NCBI GenBank assembly: GCA_002926195.1 | Contig: MZXQ01000097.1 | Location: 1-32,821 of the forward strand | Length of the DNA: 32,821 bases | DNA from: Candidatus Methanomarinus sp. HR1 | GTDB lineage: Archaea > Halobacteriota > Methanosarcinia > Methanosarcinales > Methanocomedenaceae | Direction: 5' to 3' | Shown here: piece by piece, positions 28,233-32,821 of the stretch | How positions within the stretch are numbered: position 1 is the first letter of the stretch | Layout of the letters: each line of letters starts with the position of its first letter | The notes under the pieces: generated by a model | The model's database searches: none | What the model saw: the letters and a program-made list of their open reading frames with translations, nothing else | What the model was told of the DNA's origin: nothing | Made by a program: the position numbers and the translations under genes

Positions 28233-29513
28233 ATGTTCACAATACAAAATCATCTGGAAAAACGTAATGGTCATCTCATCATAGCTGGAGTGGATACTAC
28301 CAATCTTACACAAGAGTTTGGTACACCATTATATGTAACCAACGAACAGCGTATAAGGGATAATTTTAACACATATCAAAAGGCTTTTTCACATGCAGAT
28401 CTATATTATGCAGCAAAAGCCAATTATAACCTGACTATCATGCGTATCCTTGCACAGGAAGGTGCGGGAGCTGATGTGTTCAGTGATGGTGAACTCTATA
28501 TGGCACTGTTAGCAGGTATTCCAGGGGACAGGATACTATTCAACGGTAACTCTAAAACAGACCGTGAACTGGCAATGGCTGTAGAGACAGGGGTAAGAAT
28601 ATCAGTGGACTCACTTGATGAGTTGCATGCATTAAGCCGGATAGCATCATCAGGGCAAAAAACTGTTGATATTGCCTTTCGGGTTAACCCTGATGTATCA
28701 CCGAAAACCCATCCCAAGATCAGTACAGGATTGAAAACATCCAAATTCGGTATACCACATCAAGATGTAGTAGCAGCTTACAAGGAAGCTGTAGAACTAC
28801 CAGGTATAAACCCGATTGGAATGCACTGTCATATAGGCAGTCAGATACTTGATACATCCCCATTCAGTGAAGCTATTAATCGTATGATGGACCTGGTTGA
28901 ACAGGTTACCAGGTTAGGTGTGGAACTGGAATTTTTGGATCTGGGTTCAGGACTGGGTATACCTTATAAAAAAGGTGAGATGGTACCTACTCCACAGGAT
29001 CTGGCTGATATCGTACTACCCATTTTCAATAAACGTTCACAGGCTATTGGAATTAAACTAAAACTAATCATAGAACCCGGCCGTTATATTGTAGGAGATA
29101 CTACAATTTTGCTTACAACAGTAAATACTGTTAAGACCGCAATCAAGAAGTTCGTAGGTGTGGATGCAGGGTTTAATCTACTTATCAGGCCTGCCATGTA
29201 TGATAGTTATCATCATGTTGTAGTGGCTAATAAGGTAGATGCCAAAGTATCTGGTATCTATACAGTTGTAGGTCCCATATGCGAAACAGGTGATATCCTT
29301 GCATCTGACAGGGAACTGCCTGTTGTAGTTAAAGATGATATTATTGCTATTCTTGATGTTGGAGCCTATGGTTTTAGCATGAGCAGCCAGTATAATGGAC
29401 GCCCACGATGCACTGAATTATTGGTTAATAATGGTCAGGTAGATGTAATAAGAAAGGGTGAGGACTTTGATGACCTGATGATGAACCAGATTGTTCCGTC
29501 CCGGTTCCTTTAA
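28233..29513 (+). CDS. lysA: Diaminopimelate decarboxylase
   Basis: YYAAKANYN (PLP Lys), HCHIGSQ, EPGRY and GAYG motifs. ggagg at 28223-28227 precedes ATG 28233. The track ORF starts at TTG 28221. Confidence 0.92.
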   Translation: MFTIQNHLEKRNGHLIIAGVDTTNLTQEFGTPLYVTNEQRIRDNFNTYQKAFSHADLYYAAKANYNLTIMRILAQEGAGADVFSDGELYMALLAGIPGDRILFNGNSKTDRELAMAVETGVRISVDSLDELHALSRIASSGQKTVDIAFRVNPDVSPKTHPKISTGLKTSKFGIPHQDVVAAYKEAVELPGINPIGMHCHIGSQILDTSPFSEAINRMMDLVEQVTRLGVELEFLDLGSGLGIPYKKGEMVPTPQDLADIVLPIFNKRSQAIGIKLKLIIEPGRYIVGDTTILLTTVNTVKTAIKKFVGVDAGFNLLIRPAMYDSYHHVVVANKVDAKVSGIYTVVGPICETGDILASDRELPVVVKDDIIAILDVGAYGFSMSSQYNGRPRCTELLVNNGQVDVIRKGEDFDDLMMNQIVPSRFL

Positions 29514-29554
29514 TATGTTATATTTTTATGAATTAAAAAAGTAGTTGAGCTATA

Positions 29555-29728
29555 ATGGTAATTAAAGTGAATAGATATAAATGCGGGTATTGCGGTGCAT
29601 GTGTAAGTGTATGCCCTACGGGCGCTATTGAACTTATTGAGACATGGATTGTAGTTGATGATACTTGTAATAATTGTGGTATATGTTCCAGGATATGTCC
29701 GGTTGGAGCGCTGGAGGTCTCAACTTGA
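29555..29728 (+). CDS. Small 2x[4Fe-4S] ferredoxin (57 aa), probable electron donor to the downstream geranylgeranyl reductase
   Basis: Not in the ORF track (under 60 aa). Hand translation: [57 protein letters not shown]. It carries two CxxCxxCxxxCP motifs. Confidence 0.8.
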   Translation: MVIKVNRYKCGYCGACVSVCPTGAIELIETWIVVDDTCNNCGICSRICPVGALEVST

Positions 29729-30957
29729 AAGACCGCTATGATATAATAGTAGTAGGAGCAGGTCCTGCCGGATCTGTCACTGCTAAAACTGTTGCAAGTA
29801 AAGGTCTTGATGTATTGTTGATCGAAAAACGACAGCAAATAGGTGATCCTGTCCGTTGTGCGGAAGGAGTTAATAAAAAATATATAGCTAATTTTTTACA
29901 GCCGGACCCTGCATGGATATCTGCTGAGGTTAAGGGTTCAAGGATATATGCCCCTAACGGGAAAATGGTAGAGATGGGGGAAGAGCTCTCTGGCGTTGAA
30001 GTCGGATATGTACTTGAGCGTAAGATCTTTGATCGGGCACTGGCCATGGAAGCGGCCCGTGCAGGAGCCCAGGTAATGGTAAAGACCAGAGCTACCGGAC
30101 TTCTGATAAATAATGGTTATGTGACTGGTGTAAAAGTACAATATATGGGAAAGAACTATGATATTCAATGTGATATTGTAATCGGTGCTGATGGAATAGA
30201 ATCCAAAATAGGACGGTGGGCAGGTATTGATACTACTATTAAACCAGGGGGTTTGTGTTCATGTATGCAGTATTTGATTACAGATATAGATGTGGATCCT
30301 GATTTCTGTGAGTTCTATCTTGGAACGCATATTGCACCATCCGGATATCTTTGGGTATTTCCAAAAGGTAAGAACAAGGCCAATGTAGGGATAGGGATTT
30401 CCGGATTTCTTCCAAAAAACAAAAGAGTTATTGACCTGTTAGATGATTTTGTTAAAAAGAAATATCCGAAAGGAAAGATCATTGAAATAATATATGGCGG
30501 TGTTCCTGCTTGTGGAACAATAGAACGCACTGTATCGAATGGTCTTATTCTGGTCGGAGACGCTGCCCGTCAATCTGACCCGCTATCTGGCGGAGGAATA
30601 TTTAATTCTATCTGGGCAGGTGAAATTGCAGGTAAAGTAGCAGTTAAAGCTATTAAACGCCGGGACGTTTCTGCAGAATTCTTGCAGGAATATGAAAGGA
30701 AATGGCGTGCTGAAATAGGAAAAAATATTGATACCAGTCTTATTGTAAAGAATCGTTTTTTATCATTGAATGATGATGATATGAACACTCTTGCTGATTC
30801 ACTTGAAAATATGGATCTTAAGACTACTAATCTTTTAGGATTGGTGTGGGCACTTTTTAAATCTAATAAGAAACTATTATGGGACTTGAGGAGTATATTT
30901 AAAGACATCAAAGATATCAACGATGTTGATTTCGATGATATTAATAGCATAAATTGA
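29725..30957 (+). CDS. Geranylgeranyl reductase family flavoprotein (digeranylgeranylglycerophospholipid reductase-like)
   Basis: [16 protein letters not shown] motif right at the N-terminus, RCAEG, and [17 protein letters not shown]. In-frame TTG 29725 is preceded by ggaggt (29713-29718) and overlaps the ferredoxin stop (cTTGA). The track's ATG 29674 would overlap the ferredoxin gene by 55 nt. Confidence 0.88.
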   Translation: MKDRYDIIVVGAGPAGSVTAKTVASKGLDVLLIEKRQQIGDPVRCAEGVNKKYIANFLQPDPAWISAEVKGSRIYAPNGKMVEMGEELSGVEVGYVLERKIFDRALAMEAARAGAQVMVKTRATGLLINNGYVTGVKVQYMGKNYDIQCDIVIGADGIESKIGRWAGIDTTIKPGGLCSCMQYLITDIDVDPDFCEFYLGTHIAPSGYLWVFPKGKNKANVGIGISGFLPKNKRVIDLLDDFVKKKYPKGKIIEIIYGGVPACGTIERTVSNGLILVGDAARQSDPLSGGGIFNSIWAGEIAGKVAVKAIKRRDVSAEFLQEYERKWRAEIGKNIDTSLIVKNRFLSLNDDDMNTLADSLENMDLKTTNLLGLVWALFKSNKKLLWDLRSIFKDIKDINDVDFDDINSIN

Positions 30958-30988
30958 ATATTTACTTTACCAGAGTGGAGGCAAATAT

Positions 30989-32128
30989 ATGAGTAATGGA
31001 AAATTTGAACCGAAACCCGGATCTTTATTGTTTGATAGCTTAAAAGATAAAAAAGGGATAATTCTTGCTGCTAATCCCAGGATTGCTTTAGTAACACGAG
31101 GGATATTCAAAGCAGCAAAGGAGGTTGATGCTGCATTGATCCTGGAACTTGCCAGATCGGAATGCGACTTATCAGGTGGATATACCGGACTCAATCCTGC
31201 GGATTTTAGTGCCAGGAGCAAGCAGGCGGCGCAGGAAGTGGGATTCGATATATGGGCATTACATGCAGATCATATTGGAATTAAGAAAGGTACAAAAGAG
31301 GATATAGAAGGGACTAAAGAACTGGTAAGCGGCCAGATAGATGCTGGTTTTACGTCTTTTGCGATTGATGCATCCCATTTATTCAATTTCCAGGGAGGTA
31401 ATCTGCGTGAAGAACTCTCTGATAATATTGATGCTACTACACAAGTGGCAAGGCATATACATGAGAAGATGGGGGGCAAGGAATATGGTCTTGAAGTGGA
31501 AGTAGGTGAAATAGGTAGAGAAGATGAGCAAGGTCGCGTATTAACACAACCTGATGAGGCAGTGACTTTTATCAAGGCACTCAATGAGAACGGTGTCAAT
31601 CCACAGGTACTGGCGATCGCTAATGGAAGTGTTCATGGAAATACCTATGATGCCCAGGGCAATCTGGTCGAGCAGGTATCTATTGATATACCACAGACTA
31701 TTGCAGTAGCAAAAGCATTAGAGGATAATAATCTTGGTGTAAGGATCGCCCAGCACGGAATAACAGGTACGCCCAGAGATCTGATACACAACCATTTCCC
31801 GCATGGTGATATCGTTAAAGGGAATGTAGCAACTTTCTACCAGAATATGGTATGGGATATTTTCAAGGTATACGAGCCTGAACTGTATAATGATATATGG
31901 AACTGGACCCTGGATACATATAGAGATTCTGCCCAGGGCAAGGCAGACAATGAGATATTTGGAAAGTACTGCAAGTTTGCTATAAAACAGTTCTTTGATA
32001 GAATATATTCAGTACATGATGATACAATAAAGATAATCGATACGCTGGCATATGCTGAAACATTGATATTTTTAAAAGCGTTTAAAGCTGAAGGTACGGC
32101 TCAGATAGTTAGAAATGCAATGGGGTAA
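30989..32128 (+). CDS. Class II (metal-dependent) fructose/tagatose-bisphosphate aldolase family protein
   Basis: Landmarks in family order: LHADH, SFAIDASH, EVEVGEIGREDE, IANGSVHG and IAQHGITGTP. ggagg precedes the ATG. Confidence 0.65.
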   Translation: MSNGKFEPKPGSLLFDSLKDKKGIILAANPRIALVTRGIFKAAKEVDAALILELARSECDLSGGYTGLNPADFSARSKQAAQEVGFDIWALHADHIGIKKGTKEDIEGTKELVSGQIDAGFTSFAIDASHLFNFQGGNLREELSDNIDATTQVARHIHEKMGGKEYGLEVEVGEIGREDEQGRVLTQPDEAVTFIKALNENGVNPQVLAIANGSVHGNTYDAQGNLVEQVSIDIPQTIAVAKALEDNNLGVRIAQHGITGTPRDLIHNHFPHGDIVKGNVATFYQNMVWDIFKVYEPELYNDIWNWTLDTYRDSAQGKADNEIFGKYCKFAIKQFFDRIYSVHDDTIKIIDTLAYAETLIFLKAFKAEGTAQIVRNAMG

Positions 32129-32344
32129 AAAGTGTGGGCCTATAATTGGTTCACTTTTTATCTTCGGCTCTTCCGAGAGCCTCAGTTAAGAAAATCCGAC
32201 CGAACAGGCGGTCTCCCAAAAGTCCAAAAAATAAAAATTTTGACCTTAGTTTTTGATTTAAAGGCTTAATTTTCCTCCTTTTACATAGGAATTTTAGTTT
32301 TGAGACGGCCTGCAGTATATTTAATGAAATATTGCCTCTTGAAA

Positions 32345-32517
32345 AATCTGTGTAAATCCGTGTTAATCTGTGTCTAAAAAAAACACATTCTAACAAGGAG
32401 GTGTATATTGCTTATGATTATTATCCAAGATTACATATTTTATAGAAAAAAAAGTAATCTTGATAGAGTCAAAAAATAATTATTTCAGACACAGATTAAC
32501 ACGGATTTACACAGATT
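32345..32517. repeat. Perfect 31-bp inverted repeat (arms 32345-32375 and 32487-32517) around a 111-bp spacer; each arm is three tandem decamers AATCYGTGTN
   Basis: The left arm is aatctgtgta|aatccgtgtt|aatctgtgtc|t. The right arm agacacagattaacacggatttacacagatt is its exact reverse complement. Confidence 0.9.
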
Positions 32518-32821
32518 AAAATTCCTTAATTGATTGCAAATGTAAAATAATATAATTTTTGAAGTGGATACGAAATATTCTGCAATATTTCTTAGATTGA
32601 GAATTGAGGTGTATTTACAGAGAGCTATAAAAATAATCACATTGGAAATAATTAATTCATTCATAAATATTTATCAAATGTTGGGGGTTTTGGGACAGCC
32701 TGCTAACATCAAACTTCACTGTATTTTTTATATGTCCATGTATCCTTTCACACTCTCGTCTGAGAATGTACGATTCCGGGAAGGTTTTATCCTCCAAATT
32801 CTTATTTCTAATATACATGCC

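Noticed and set aside
29674-29724. ATG 29674 as the geranylgeranyl reductase start, as in the ORF track.
   Set aside because: It would add 17 residues before the FAD motif and overlap the ferredoxin gene by 55 nt. TTG 29725 has a perfect ggaggt at the correct spacing.
29533-29838. A 101-aa minus-strand ORF between lysA and GGR.
   Set aside because: It is antisense to a textbook 2x[4Fe-4S] ferredoxin ORF (29555-29728) and to the GGR N-terminus. The plus-strand reading explains the region much better.
32151-32396. An 81-aa minus-strand ORF in the tail region.
   Set aside because: It reads through the left arm of the 31-bp inverted repeat (giving RHRLTRIYTDF) and has no start context or recognisable domain. 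It is most likely a translation artefact of repeat DNA.
32414-32479. The 21-codon ORF with a strong SD inside the inverted-repeat spacer, as a real micro-protein gene.
   Set aside because: It is too short and compositionally biased to support from sequence alone. It is mentioned under the repeat finding but not listed as a CDS.
32345-32517. A CRISPR array.
   Set aside because: The repeats are inverted rather than direct, there are only two copies, and no cas genes are present. No other regularly spaced direct repeats were seen in the window.
32298-32703. Possible direct repeats ttttgagacggcctgc (32298-32313) and ttttgggacagcctgc (32688-32703) flanking the inverted-repeat element, as candidate element termini.
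   Set aside because: The match is only 14 of 16 positions. Considering all pairs of positions in an AT-rich region of about 700 bp, a match of this quality is roughly what chance would give. It is not reported as a feature.
1-32821. In-frame TAG (pyrrolysine) or TGA (selenocysteine) read-through genes.
   Set aside because: I saw no pair of adjacent same-frame ORFs split by a single stop, and no methylamine methyltransferase or selenoprotein-like genes.

Overview
The window looks like archaeal chromosome, most likely Methanosarcinales (a cytochrome-containing methanogen or an ANME-2-type methanotroph). It is moderately AT-rich, almost fully coding, with GGAGG-type ribosome-binding sites and many 1-14 nt gene overlaps. 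Left to right:
(1) A truncated exported protein.
(2) A tetrapyrrole and alternative-heme cluster (Ahb siroheme decarboxylase subunit, SirC-like dehydrogenase, hemA, hemB). It is interrupted by an AT-rich lipoprotein gene, an M3B/PepF homologue whose HEXXH zinc motif reads RKMGY. dys and pyrF follow.
(3) An 8-cluster polyferredoxin, then a translationally coupled trio: a permease-less ABC ATPase, a HypB/UreG-like G3E GTPase with a CPDH motif, and an Fe-S-domain protein.
(4) On the minus strand: RecJ-like DHH nuclease, DnaG, DUF167, tRNA-Leu(GAG), and the S13-S4-S11-RpoD operon with a hairpin-rich leader.
(5) A ferredoxin, thiL, a Cys-rich Trm1-like methyltransferase, and a leaderless four-repeat LGFP protein.
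(6) The most unusual locus, a tightly packed six-gene minus-strand operon (21258-25303): cysD and cysN split by a TauE/TSUP permease, extended by a miniature alkaline-phosphatase-fold enzyme, and bracketed by two paralogous small acidic RHH proteins whose C-terminal L-G-Y-L tails resemble the CysD C-terminus. No downstream sulfate-reduction genes are present in the window.
(7) gyrA without gyrB, lysA, an unlisted 57-aa ferredoxin overlapping a TTG-started geranylgeranyl reductase, and a class II aldolase.
(8) A gene-poor tail containing a perfect 31-bp inverted repeat made of decamer iterons.
No CRISPR array, rRNA gene, integrase or recognisable transposase was seen.
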